Below are positions 19,420-28,854 of a stretch of DNA of 48,153 nt, in pieces (within the stretch, counting starts at the first letter, position 1; the number at the start of each line of letters is the position of its first letter). Below the pieces are notes generated by a model that worked only from the letters and a program-made list of their open reading frames with translations, was not told the DNA's origin and searched no databases. Both the position numbers and the translations under genes were made by a program. The stretch comes from Thermomicrobia bacterium (GTDB taxonomy: Bacteria > Chloroflexota > Chloroflexia > Thermomicrobiales > UBA6265): positions 10,304-58,456 of the forward strand of contig JBIQLF010000007.1 of assembly GCA_044464585.1 (NCBI GenBank). The letters run 5' to 3'.

Positions 19420-20895
19420 ATGCGCATATTGCTCGCGGGAATCGTGCACGAAACCAATACATTCGCCGGCAAGCTGACCGATCTCGATGAGTTCGAAGCG
19501 AGTGGTTTCTTCCGCGGGGAAGAACTGTTCACGCTCGCCGGTACGAATACGATCATCGGGGGCGCTGTCGAAGCGGCCCGGGCGCTCGAGGTCGACCTGA
19601 TCCCCGTGGTCGCGACCAGCGCCATCCCCGGTGGGCTGGTGACCGACCGCGTTTTCGAACTGGTGGTTGGCGCCATCGAAGCGGCATTGCAGACCGACAC
19701 CCCCGATGCGATCGTGCTCGATCTCCATGGGGCGATGGTGACCGAATCGCATGACGATGGTGACGGGGCGGTGCTGGAGCGGGTGCGCGCGGCTGCCGGA
19801 CCGGACATGCCCATCATCGCAACCCTCGATCTCCATGCAAATGTCGGACCGCAGATGCTGGCCAATGCCACCGCGCTGATCCCGTTCGATACCTATCCGC
19901 ATATCGACAATGCCGAACGGGGCGATGAGGCGGTGCGACTGGCGGTTCGGACCGCGGCTGGCGAGGTTCATCCAGTGATGAAATCGCGCAAGCTGCCCCT
20001 GCTGCCCGATGGCCCACGCCAATTCTCCGGTGTCGAACCGACTCGCTCGATCATGGAGCTGGTGCACGAGATCGAGCAACGACCGGGTGTGCTCACCGCC
20101 GGTGTCTGTTTTGCCTTTCCCTGGGCGGATTGCCCATTTCCGGGGATGACCGTGACGGTGGTGACGGACAACGATCCCGATCTCGCCGCAACCTCTGCCA
20201 ATGAAATCGGTGACTTCATCTGGAGTCGCCGGGCGGAATTCGAGACCGACCTCTGGACTGTCGAAGCGGCGATCCACGAAGCGATGTCGACGGCCGAGGG
20301 GCCGGTCGTTCTGGCCGACCTGGGTGACAATCCCGGAGGAGGAACCGCGGCCGATGGCACCTCGATTCTTTGGGGGCTGATCGATCTCGGAGCCGAAGGC
20401 GCGGTCGTTTCGACGATTCGCGATCCGGAGGTGGTCGAGCTGGCATTTTCCGCGGGCGAGGGCGGGCACGTCGCAACGCTGCTGGGCGCCAAAACCGACG
20501 ATCGGCATGGATACCCGATTCCCATCGAGGCAACGGTCGAGCGGCTCAGCAATGGCGAGTTCGTCTATGACGGGCCGATGGACCGGGGCGTGCGCGATAC
20601 GCTGGGACGAACCGCGGTCCTGGCCGTACAGGGACGCTACGGTCATATCGTCCGCGTCATCGTCTGTGAAAGACGCGTGCAATCGCTCGATACCGCTATT
20701 CTTCGTTCACAGGGAATCGAGCCGTCCGAATGCAAGATCATCGCGCTGAAATCGGCGGTTCATTTCCGGGGAGCGTTCATGCCAATCGCAACCAAGATCC
20801 TGGAAGTCGATACACCGGGATTGACCTCACTGGATTACCGTCGATTTCCCTACGAGCGTCTTCCGCGGCCGATCTGGCCCATGGACGAAATCTAG
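19420..20895 (+). CDS. M81 family (MlrC-like) metallopeptidase/deacylase
   Basis: HETNTF, LDLHGAMV, TLDLHAN, TYPHID, DNPGGG, LKSAVHFR, RPIWPMD. Confidence 0.93.
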   Translation: MRILLAGIVHETNTFAGKLTDLDEFEASGFFRGEELFTLAGTNTIIGGAVEAARALEVDLIPVVATSAIPGGLVTDRVFELVVGAIEAALQTDTPDAIVLDLHGAMVTESHDDGDGAVLERVRAAAGPDMPIIATLDLHANVGPQMLANATALIPFDTYPHIDNAERGDEAVRLAVRTAAGEVHPVMKSRKLPLLPDGPRQFSGVEPTRSIMELVHEIEQRPGVLTAGVCFAFPWADCPFPGMTVTVVTDNDPDLAATSANEIGDFIWSRRAEFETDLWTVEAAIHEAMSTAEGPVVLADLGDNPGGGTAADGTSILWGLIDLGAEGAVVSTIRDPEVVELAFSAGEGGHVATLLGAKTDDRHGYPIPIEATVERLSNGEFVYDGPMDRGVRDTLGRTAVLAVQGRYGHIVRVIVCERRVQSLDTAILRSQGIEPSECKIIALKSAVHFRGAFMPIATKILEVDTPGLTSLDYRRFPYERLPRPIWPMDEI

Positions 20896-20921
20896 TCTCC
20901 GAGCACAGAAAGGCCCTGCCC

Positions 20922-21164
20922 GTGGAAACGTTCAATCTCTATATGGACGAACTGGCGACCGGCTCCAATGACGATGCCGATCAGTTCGTCGAGGTGCAAT
21001 TCCGGATCGCCCCGGCGAGCGCCGACGACGGCGATCCCGAAACCAATGCGGTGCTGGCCGGTCTGGACATCTTCGACTTGATCGATCTGCGCGATGAGAT
21101 TCAGGCGGTGATCGATGCGCTCGCCACCAGCGGGTTCGAGGCTGGCGAGAACGGGGACGAATAG
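20922..21164 (+). CDS. Small acidic hypothetical protein (~80 aa)
   Basis: GTG start after GAAAGG, GC3-rich codons, fills the gap between the M81 gene and ppk1. Confidence 0.7.
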   Translation: METFNLYMDELATGSNDDADQFVEVQFRIAPASADDGDPETNAVLAGLDIFDLIDLRDEIQAVIDALATSGFEAGENGDE

Positions 21165-21185
21165 AATCGGTCCGGGGTCCGGGGC

Positions 21186-23399
21186 TCAGGGGTCGAAGAC
21201 CGATAGCGGCTGCGGCGTTTTCGCGTAGTGATGCATGAGCTCGGTTTGGACATCGTGCTCCGACCGGACGCCGGGCGTGCGCAACATCGTCCAACGACCC
21301 TGCCGGTCGAGTGTCCAGGAGTCTTCCCCATCGCTCAGGTAGAGCGGCAGAATCGTATCGCGCAGATAGGCGACGAGGTTGCGGTCTTCCACCGGGAAGA
21401 CGACCTCGATACGCCGGTCGAGATTGCGTTCCATCAGATCGGCGCTGCCAAGGTAGATCTCGTCATTGCCGCCATTGTGAAAATAGTAGATGCGGCTGTG
21501 TTCGAGGAACCGGCCGATGACACTCCGGACCCGGATATTCTCGCTCCATTCTGGAACGCCGGGCCGCAGGCAGCATGCGCCGCGGACGATGAGATCGATC
21601 TGCACTCCCTCGCGTGATGCCGCATAGAGCGCGCGAATCAGTTCACGATCGACCAGCGAATTCATCTTGAAGATCAGGCGGCCGTTGCCATGCTGGCGAT
21701 GCGCGGCGATTTCCCGGGCGATGGCACGGAGGAAATGCCCGCGCAGGGAGCGGGGGGCGACCCAGATCTTGCGGTAGTGTTCCTGCTCCGAATAGCCCGT
21801 GAGCACGTTGAAGAGTTCGGAGACATCGCTGGTGATTTCCGGATCCGAGGTGAAGACGCCCAAATCCTCATACAGCCGGGCGGTTGCGGCGTTGTAATTG
21901 CCCGTGCCCAGATGCGCGTAGCGACGCAAGCCATCCGCCTCGCGCCGAACCACCAGGGTCACCTTGCAGTGCGTTTTGAGTCCGGCGATGCCATAGGCGA
22001 CATGCACACCGTGATGTTCCAGTTGCTCGGCCCAACTGATGTTGTTTTCTTCGTCGAACCGCGCTTTCAGCTCCACCAGCACCGCAACCTGGGTATCGTC
22101 GTCGCGCGCTTCGATCAGGGCCGGGATGAGCGGGGAATCCTTGCCGATCCGATAGAGTGTCTGTTTGATCGCGACCACCTCGGAATCGGTCGAAGCGGCT
22201 TTGAGGAAATCGGTGAAGATCGAAAAGCTCTGGTAGGGATGGTGCACCAGCACATCGCGTTCGCGAATCGCGGCAAAGATATCCGGTGTTCCCCAGGCGC
22301 CGTCCTCGGGGAGGACGCCAAATGCGGAGGGCACGTAGGGGGCATCCTTGAGATCGGGCCGGTCGAGTCGCAGCAGCTCCATCATGTCTTCGAGCGCCAG
22401 CGGCCCGTTGGTGATATAGAGCTCGCGTTCGGTTGCGCCGAGCTGCGCCAGCAACCAGTCCACGACGCTTTGCGGCATGCGCGTATCGACCATCAAGCGC
22501 ACGACCGAACCGAAGGTTCGTTCCGACAGGAGCTCGCGCATGGTGGCCAGGAGATCGTGCGCCTCGTCATCATCGTCGATCTCGATATCGGAATCGCGCG
22601 TCACATGAAACGGATATGCCTCGATCGCCTGATGACCGGGAAAGAGATCGTGCAGATTCGCCCGGATCAGGTCCTCCAGCCAGACGAACCGGTGAATGGG
22701 CGATTCGATTGGCTCCGGCACCCGAACCAGACGAGGCAGGATGCGCGGCAGTTTCACCCGAGCCAGCTTGTCGACGCCGGATGAGCGCAGGAGCACGATC
22801 AGACTGATGCTGTCGTTCGAGATATGCGGAAACCGGCGGGCGTGGTCGATTGCCTGGGGCGTCAATACCGGAAAGACTTCCCGCCGGAAAAAGTCGGCCA
22901 AGGCAGACTGCTCGGCGCCAGCCAGGTCGGCCACCCGCGTAATGACGATCCCCTGCCGTTCCAGCTCGGGCAGCAGCTCCGATTCCAGAATCTGGCTTTG
23001 TTCGAACTGGAGGCGCCGGGTGCGTTCGCGGATGGCGAGGTAGAGGGCGGTTGGTGTGCGGCCATCGACGGATGGTTCGGTGAGGCCCGCATTGATCTTG
23101 CGCAGCACACCGGCGACCCGGATCATGAAGAACTCGTCGAGATTGGAAGAGAAGATCGCAAGGAATTTCGCTCGTTCCAGAAGCGGAACCAGGGGATCGC
23201 GGGCTTCGGCGAGCACCCGCGCATTGAAATCGAGCCAGCTCAATTCGCGGTTGATGAACAGCTCAGCCGAGAGTGACGGCAGCTCGTCCGGAAAGAACTG
23301 GGCGGGATCGACGGCCAGGACGGCGCCTGCTGGTCCAGCGATCGCTGAATCCGGGGAGACCGGGGGGGATGGGCTTGGAGACACGCGCTGGGCGCTCAC
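21186..23399 (-). CDS. ppk1: Polyphosphate kinase 1
   Basis: NRELSWLDFNARVL, SNLDEFFMIRV, HHPYQSF, VELKARFDE, KTHCK, GRFLEHSR, SADLMERNLDRRIE. GTG start at 23399 with GGAG upstream. Confidence 0.97.
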   Translation of the reverse strand: MSAQRVSPSPSPPVSPDSAIAGPAGAVLAVDPAQFFPDELPSLSAELFINRELSWLDFNARVLAEARDPLVPLLERAKFLAIFSSNLDEFFMIRVAGVLRKINAGLTEPSVDGRTPTALYLAIRERTRRLQFEQSQILESELLPELERQGIVITRVADLAGAEQSALADFFRREVFPVLTPQAIDHARRFPHISNDSISLIVLLRSSGVDKLARVKLPRILPRLVRVPEPIESPIHRFVWLEDLIRANLHDLFPGHQAIEAYPFHVTRDSDIEIDDDDEAHDLLATMRELLSERTFGSVVRLMVDTRMPQSVVDWLLAQLGATERELYITNGPLALEDMMELLRLDRPDLKDAPYVPSAFGVLPEDGAWGTPDIFAAIRERDVLVHHPYQSFSIFTDFLKAASTDSEVVAIKQTLYRIGKDSPLIPALIEARDDDTQVAVLVELKARFDEENNISWAEQLEHHGVHVAYGIAGLKTHCKVTLVVRREADGLRRYAHLGTGNYNAATARLYEDLGVFTSDPEITSDVSELFNVLTGYSEQEHYRKIWVAPRSLRGHFLRAIAREIAAHRQHGNGRLIFKMNSLVDRELIRALYAASREGVQIDLIVRGACCLRPGVPEWSENIRVRSVIGRFLEHSRIYYFHNGGNDEIYLGSADLMERNLDRRIEVVFPVEDRNLVAYLRDTILPLYLSDGEDSWTLDRQGRWTMLRTPGVRSEHDVQTELMHHYAKTPQPLSVFDP

Positions 23400-23440
23400 G
23401 GTCGATGCACTCCGATCGAGCGGAGCACCGGATCCAGCGG

Positions 23441-23680
23441 TCAGGCGCTCCCGGAAATGTACTGATTGGCGCGTTCGCGAATATCGCGCATCGCCAGGAC
23501 GGGAACGAACTGGGTGACTCGCGTTCGTTCGTCGAGCAAGGAGCTCACGACCGAGGTGACCCACAATTCCAGGGTCGTGTCATCGATCGTCGATCCATAG
23601 GTTTTGCGGCATTCGGCCAGCACGCGCGCCGAGATCATTTGGGCGGTTTTCGAGCTTACAGCCGGGGGCTGTTCCGACAT
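23441..23680 (-). CDS. Small three-helix-bundle (DUF3562-like) protein
   Basis: ATG 23680 with AGGAG RBS. C-terminal RVTQFVPVLAMRDIRE resembles the family motif. Confidence 0.65.
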   Translation of the reverse strand: MSEQPPAVSSKTAQMISARVLAECRKTYGSTIDDTTLELWVTSVVSSLLDERTRVTQFVPVLAMRDIRERANQYISGSA

Positions 23681-23802
23681 GCGGACGACTCCTGTTCCAG
23701 TTCGAATGAGCGCATCGGAGCGCATACGCTCGCTGGGGCCCGCCGCTGGTTCCAGCCTCTGCCGGAAGTGTGCATCAGCTCCGGCAAATCGACCACCTGT
23801 TT

Positions 23803-23971
23803 CGGGTCGTGAGTCGTGGGTCTTGAGTCGTGAGTCTTGAGTCGTGAGTCTTGAGAACGGGGGGGCGTGTGCGCCAGATCGTTTCCAAGGGTCGAGAGAA
23901 GTCCGTGGCCGCCCAGGACTCACGACCCACGACTCACGACCCAAGACTCACGACTCAAGACCCACGACCCG
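23803..23971. repeat. Second inverted pair of 7-bp tandem repeat tracts
   Basis: About 7 units of G[A/G]GTC[G/T]T at 23803-23855 and about 8 reverse-complement units at 23913-23971, separated by ~57 bp. Lies between divergent genes. Confidence 0.9.
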
Positions 23972-23987
23972 TTGTAACGCGGGAACG

Positions 23988-24016
23988 TTGACAGGTTCGG
24001 GGTTTTCACGTAGAAA
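23988..24016 (+). promoter_or_regulatory. Candidate sigma70 promoter of the ABC/catabolic operon
   Basis: TTGACA-N17-TAGAAA; the -10 lacks the final T. An imperfect TGTAA-N11-TGACA inverted repeat overlaps the -35. Confidence 0.4.
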
Positions 24017-24061
24017 GACGCATCGTACCGATCCAGAACCTTCATCGACGAGGAGGGGTAT

Positions 24062-25252
24062 ATGCGGCACTCTCGGCATTTCGCGATTTTGGCGGCGTTC
24101 CTGCTCATGCTGGCGCCGGCATTGCTGGCGGGACAAGCCCGCGCGCAGGACGACGATCCGATCATCCTTGGCGCCCCGGTGAATCTGACTGGCTGGATGG
24201 CGGCCTATGATGTGCCGCCCCTCGAAGGAGCCAAGCTGGCCGTCGAGCAGATCAACGCGGCTGGCGGTGTGATGGGCCGCCCGTTGAAGATTGTCGAAGT
24301 CGATGGCAAGACCGATCCGGCGACGGTCGGCAATGCGGCGCTGCAAGTGATCGACAAGGGAGCCGAGGTCGTTCTCGCCCCCTGCGATTTCGACTACGGG
24401 GCGCCAGCGTCGCAGGCGGCGCAGGAAGCCGGGATGGTCGGCGTTTCCTTCTGCGCGTCCTCTCCCCTGTTCGGATCGCTGACGCTCGGTGACAAGCAGT
24501 TCACCGTTTCGATGTGGAATCAGACCATGGCCGCGGCTGCCGCCGACTTCGCCTACAACGTCAAGGGATGGCGGACCGCCGCGACGATCGTCGATCACGC
24601 CACCGAATATACCCAGTCGCTGGGCGAGTATTTCGTCGACACCTGGGAGCATTTGGGCGGTGAGATCGTCAGCGAGGACACGTACCAGCAGAACGACATG
24701 CAGGCATCGGCCCAAGCGCAGCGCATCATGTCGCTCGATACGCCACCGGACGTGCTCTTCATTTCATCCAATATGCCGGATTATTCGGCGATCATCCGTG
24801 ATATCCGCTCCGCTGGCATCACCGCTCCGATCATCGGTGGCGATTCGATGGATACGGCTGACTTCTATACGGCGCTCGGAAGCGACCTGGGTCACGATAT
24901 CTATATCTCCACCCATTCCTTCGTTGGTCCCGCCGCCGGTCCGGCCATGGAGCAGTTCATCGCGGATTTCACCACCGAATATGGCCGCCCGCCCGAAGTC
25001 TCCTTCAATGTGATGGGCTGGGACACGATCCAGGTTCTGGCGGACGCGATCACCCGGGCGGGCACGACCGATGGTGAAGCGCTGGCCCAGGCCATGGTCG
25101 GCCATGAGTACGATCTGCTCAGTGGCAAGCTGACCTGGTCGGATGCCGAATCGGGCCATATTCCGGAAAAGGAAGCGTTCATCATCGAAATCGTCGATGG
25201 CGAACCGACCTTCGTCCAGACGCTCAAGCCGTCCTGGACGCCGGACCTCTAG
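24062..25252 (+). CDS. Branched-chain amino acid-type (HAAT, LivK-like) ABC substrate-binding protein
   Basis: Signal peptide (ARA-Q), LAVEQINAAGGVMGRPLK, strong AGGAGG RBS. Confidence 0.92.
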   Translation: MRHSRHFAILAAFLLMLAPALLAGQARAQDDDPIILGAPVNLTGWMAAYDVPPLEGAKLAVEQINAAGGVMGRPLKIVEVDGKTDPATVGNAALQVIDKGAEVVLAPCDFDYGAPASQAAQEAGMVGVSFCASSPLFGSLTLGDKQFTVSMWNQTMAAAAADFAYNVKGWRTAATIVDHATEYTQSLGEYFVDTWEHLGGEIVSEDTYQQNDMQASAQAQRIMSLDTPPDVLFISSNMPDYSAIIRDIRSAGITAPIIGGDSMDTADFYTALGSDLGHDIYISTHSFVGPAAGPAMEQFIADFTTEYGRPPEVSFNVMGWDTIQVLADAITRAGTTDGEALAQAMVGHEYDLLSGKLTWSDAESGHIPEKEAFIIEIVDGEPTFVQTLKPSWTPDL

Positions 25253-25267
25253 GCAAGAGTAGGGCGG

Positions 25268-25289
25268 GGCGCTGGACTAGTCCAGCGCC
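25268..25289. other. Perfect 22-bp palindrome after the SBP gene (likely mRNA-stabilising stem-loop)
   Basis: GGCGCTGGACTAGTCCAGCGCC. Confidence 0.6.
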
Positions 25290-25332
25290 TTGCTTCGATC
25301 GCGCGGAAACGTCGACGTATGGCAGGAACTCG

Positions 25333-26085
25333 ATGACCAGCCAGAGCAGTTCCCACGGCGGAGCGTTGATCGTTCGCGGCCTGACAAAGGATTTCGCCGG
25401 TTTGCGAGCGGTCGAGGATGTCAGTTTTTCCGTCGAACCGGCGGAGATCCTCGGGCTGATCGGCCCGAACGGTTCTGGCAAGACCACCACGATCAATGTG
25501 ATCACCGGGCTGCTGGCGATCACCGCCGGTACGGTGCATCTCGGCGCGCTGGACATGACCGGCTGGCCTCCGCACAAGATCGCCCGGGCCGGATTGGCTC
25601 GGACCTTCCAAATCGTGCGACTCTTCGATGACTTCACGGTCCGGGAGAATGTCGAGGTCGCGGTCGTTGCGTCGGGCCGCGCCAAGGGCGGGGCGGTGGC
25701 CGAGCGGGCAACGCGCGCACTCCGGCAACTGGGCATCCTGCATCTGGCGAATGTGCCCGCCCGGGTGCTTCCTCAAGGGGAAGAACGGTTGGTCGAGATT
25801 GCGCGGGCGATCGCGACCGAGCCATCGTTTCTGCTGCTCGACGAACCGGGTGCCGGGCTGAACGATGCCGAAATCGAAACATTTCTGCCGACGCTTCAGC
25901 GACTGCGAAACGATATCGGTTGCGGAATCCTGATCGTCGATCACGATATGCGGCTGATCATGAATCTGTGCGACCGCATTCACGTGCTCAATTACGGCAA
26001 GACGATCGCCGAGGGCCCACCGGAAGCGGTGCGTGTCGATACGGCAGTCATCGAGGCCTATCTCGGCGCCGAGGACGCGGCATGA
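25333..26085 (+). CDS. HAAT ABC ATP-binding protein (LivG-like)
   Basis: GPNGSGKT, ARTFQ, LLLDEP, VDHDM, VIEAYLG. Confidence 0.93.
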   Translation: MTSQSSSHGGALIVRGLTKDFAGLRAVEDVSFSVEPAEILGLIGPNGSGKTTTINVITGLLAITAGTVHLGALDMTGWPPHKIARAGLARTFQIVRLFDDFTVRENVEVAVVASGRAKGGAVAERATRALRQLGILHLANVPARVLPQGEERLVEIARAIATEPSFLLLDEPGAGLNDAEIETFLPTLQRLRNDIGCGILIVDHDMRLIMNLCDRIHVLNYGKTIAEGPPEAVRVDTAVIEAYLGAEDAA

Positions 26086-26852
26086 GCTTGCTGACCATCT
26101 CGGGGCTGAATGTCTTTTACGGCGCCAATCATGCGGTGCGCAATCTCGATCTGCACGTCGATCAGGGCGAGATCATCGGGTTGATCGGCGCCAATGGTGC
26201 TGGCAAATCGACCACGATGATGAGTGTCATGGGCGCGGTCAAACCGCGCTCGGGCACGATTATCTTCGATGGGCAGTCGATTTCTGGATTGTCGCCGGAG
26301 GAAATCTTGCGGCGTGGTATCGCGCCCGTCATGGAGGGGCGCCGGATCTTCCCGTCGCTGACGGTCGGCGAGAACCTGCGCATGGGCGCGGCGACGGTCA
26401 AGGACAAGGCGCAGGTGGCGGCCGATATCGATCGCTGGTGCGAGTTCTTCCCCATTCTGCGCGAGCGTTTCGATCGGCCGGCCGGCAATCTCTCGGGGGG
26501 ACAGCAACAGATGGTGGCGGTTGCCCGGGCATTGATGTCCCGGCCGCGCCTGTTGCTGATGGACGAGCCGTCGCTCGGACTGGCGCCCTTGTTGGTGAGT
26601 GAGATCTTCAAGCTGACCGCCGAGCTGCGATCGTTCGGGATGACGATCCTGATCGTCGAACAGAATGTGAGGATGACGCTGAACATCGCGGACCGCGCCT
26701 ATCTGCTCAATCTCGGGCACGTCGAATTCTCCGGCACGCCCGATCAGATTCGAGCGGAAGCCGATATCGAACGGACCTATCTCGGGGGCGGGCAGGCTGC
26801 CAAGACACCCATCGCGCCGCCGGCGGTCCCGCCCGCTCACCCGGGGAGCTGA
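26082..26852 (+). CDS. HAAT ABC ATP-binding protein (LivF-like)
   Basis: ATGA overlap; GANGAGKS, LSGGQQQM, MDEPSLGLAP, VEQN. Confidence 0.93.
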   Translation: MSLLTISGLNVFYGANHAVRNLDLHVDQGEIIGLIGANGAGKSTTMMSVMGAVKPRSGTIIFDGQSISGLSPEEILRRGIAPVMEGRRIFPSLTVGENLRMGAATVKDKAQVAADIDRWCEFFPILRERFDRPAGNLSGGQQQMVAVARALMSRPRLLLMDEPSLGLAPLLVSEIFKLTAELRSFGMTILIVEQNVRMTLNIADRAYLLNLGHVEFSGTPDQIRAEADIERTYLGGGQAAKTPIAPPAVPPAHPGS

Positions 26853-26854
26853 CC

Positions 26855-27754
26855 GTGGGATCGTTCAGCGACTTCGTGCAGTATCTGGTCAGCTCGCTTT
26901 CGGTCGGCGGACTCTATGCGCTGATGGCGCTCGGGTTGGTGATCGTCTATGGCATTTCGAAACTGATCAACTTCGCGTATGGCGAATTGATCATGGTGGC
27001 GGGCTATGGTCTGCTGATCTTCGGCCGGAGCTGGTTGCCCTGGCTGATCGTCGCGGCGATGAGCGTGTTCTGCGCGGTGATCGTCGCGCTTGGCATGGAC
27101 CAGATCGCATTCCGGCCGGTGCGTAACGCCAGCCCGACCACGATGCTCATTACATCCTTCGCGGTCAGCACGCTTCTGCAGAATATCGCGCTGCTCTTCA
27201 TCTCTCCGCGCCCGCGCGCTCCCCGGCTCCCCTCGATCTTCGTCCAGAGTGTTCACGTGGGGGGCATCCGGATGAAGGTGGTCGATATCATCGCCCTCGT
27301 GGTCAGTATCGTGGCCTTGCTGGCGCTGCAAGTCTTCCTGCGCAAAACGGTGGTGGGACTCTCCTTGCGAGCCGCCGCCGACGATTTCACCATGACCCGC
27401 CTGGTCGGGGTGAACGCCAATCAGGTGATCGCCACGGCGTTTGCCATCAGCGGTCTGGTGGCCGGGATCGTGGCGCTCTTCTGGATCGGCCGCATCGGCC
27501 AGGTGCTGCCGACCGTGGGCTTCCAGCCGGTGTTGATCGCGTTCATCGCGTCGGTGGTCGGCGGTTTGTCGTCCATCAAGGGAGCGGTGCTCGGCGGGTA
27601 CGTGCTCGGATTCCTGACCATCGGTCTGCAGACGTGGCTGCCGCAGGATGTCAATGTCTACCGTGACGCGATCATGTTTGCGATCGTGATCGTCATGTTG
27701 CTGGTGCGTCCCGATGGGCTGATCAAGCCAGCCTTTTCGCGGGAGACCCGCTGA
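26855..27754 (+). CDS. HAAT ABC permease (LivH-like)
   Basis: YALMALGL..YG...LINFAYGE, G.SLRAAADD, VVGGLSSIKGA, RPDGL. Confidence 0.93.
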   Translation: MGSFSDFVQYLVSSLSVGGLYALMALGLVIVYGISKLINFAYGELIMVAGYGLLIFGRSWLPWLIVAAMSVFCAVIVALGMDQIAFRPVRNASPTTMLITSFAVSTLLQNIALLFISPRPRAPRLPSIFVQSVHVGGIRMKVVDIIALVVSIVALLALQVFLRKTVVGLSLRAAADDFTMTRLVGVNANQVIATAFAISGLVAGIVALFWIGRIGQVLPTVGFQPVLIAFIASVVGGLSSIKGAVLGGYVLGFLTIGLQTWLPQDVNVYRDAIMFAIVIVMLLVRPDGLIKPAFSRETR

Positions 27755-28854
27755 TGGGCAACGCGTCCACTCGCACGCTCGTCTCCAAATGGTCCACCCC
27801 GGTCATCCTGATCGGGATTTGTCTGGCCGTCGCGCTGATCGCGGTCGTACGGGACGACGCGGTCTTCTTGCGGGTCGTCACGGTGATGTTCATCAGTGTG
27901 CTGCTGACCGTCGCTCTGCAGTCGTTCATGGGCAATTCCGGTCTGGGGAGCTTCGGGCAATATGCGTTCGTGGCGATCGGCGCGTATTCATCGCTCTGGT
28001 TCGGGTTGACCGAAAAGCAGAAGCGGGTCACGTTTCCAGATATGCCCCAAAGCTGGTGGATTTACAAGCAGCATTATCCGTTCGAGCTGGCCATACTGGC
28101 CGCGGTGATCGTGACGGGGCTGATCGGCGCGTTGATCGGTATCGCCTTCGTGCGCTTGCGCGGGGCATCGTTCACCATCGCCACATTTGCATTCCTCATC
28201 GTGATCAATCGAGTCGCGCTGCAATGGGAACAGGTGACGCGCGGTTCCCGGGTGGTCATCGGCATTCCCAAGCAAACGACCCTCTGGATCGCGTTCGGCT
28301 GGGCGTGTATCGCGATCGTCATCACGTTCGTTTTCAAGGAATCGTCGCTGGGGCTCAAGCTGCGCGCCAGTCGCGAAGACGAGGATGCCGCGGAAAGCAT
28401 CGGTATCGATGTCAAGCGCATGCGTTGGGTTGCCTGGACGCTTAGTTGCGCCATGTCGGCCATCGGCGGCGCGCTCTGGGCCTATTTCATCGTGCAATTC
28501 ACCCCGAATAATTTCTATGTGCACGAGACGTTTCTGATCGTTGCCATGCTGGTGATCGGCGGAGCCGGGAGTGTCAGTGGCGCCGTGGTCGGCGCGATCG
28601 CGGTCGCCATATCGTCCGAATTCCTGCGCCAAACCGAAACCTGGCTCAATACCCAGCGCAACGATGGCACCACGATCGGCCATCTGATCCCGATCCAGCT
28701 GAACGGATTCACCGAGATCGTGCTGGCCGTTGTCATGATCTTGGTTCTGATTTTGCGCCCCTCGGGCTTGCTGGCCGGCCGCGAGCTGCGCTGGCCCCGG
28801 GGGATTGCGCAACCAGGTGTGACCGACCTGGCGGAGGGCATCGATGACATCTGA
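27754..28854 (+). CDS. HAAT ABC permease (LivM-like)
   Basis: G..SFGQYAF.AIGAY, RLRG..F.IAT, LRASREDE.AAESIGI, RPSGL. Confidence 0.93.
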   Translation: MGNASTRTLVSKWSTPVILIGICLAVALIAVVRDDAVFLRVVTVMFISVLLTVALQSFMGNSGLGSFGQYAFVAIGAYSSLWFGLTEKQKRVTFPDMPQSWWIYKQHYPFELAILAAVIVTGLIGALIGIAFVRLRGASFTIATFAFLIVINRVALQWEQVTRGSRVVIGIPKQTTLWIAFGWACIAIVITFVFKESSLGLKLRASREDEDAAESIGIDVKRMRWVAWTLSCAMSAIGGALWAYFIVQFTPNNFYVHETFLIVAMLVIGGAGSVSGAVVGAIAVAISSEFLRQTETWLNTQRNDGTTIGHLIPIQLNGFTEIVLAVVMILVLILRPSGLLAGRELRWPRGIAQPGVTDLAEGIDDI

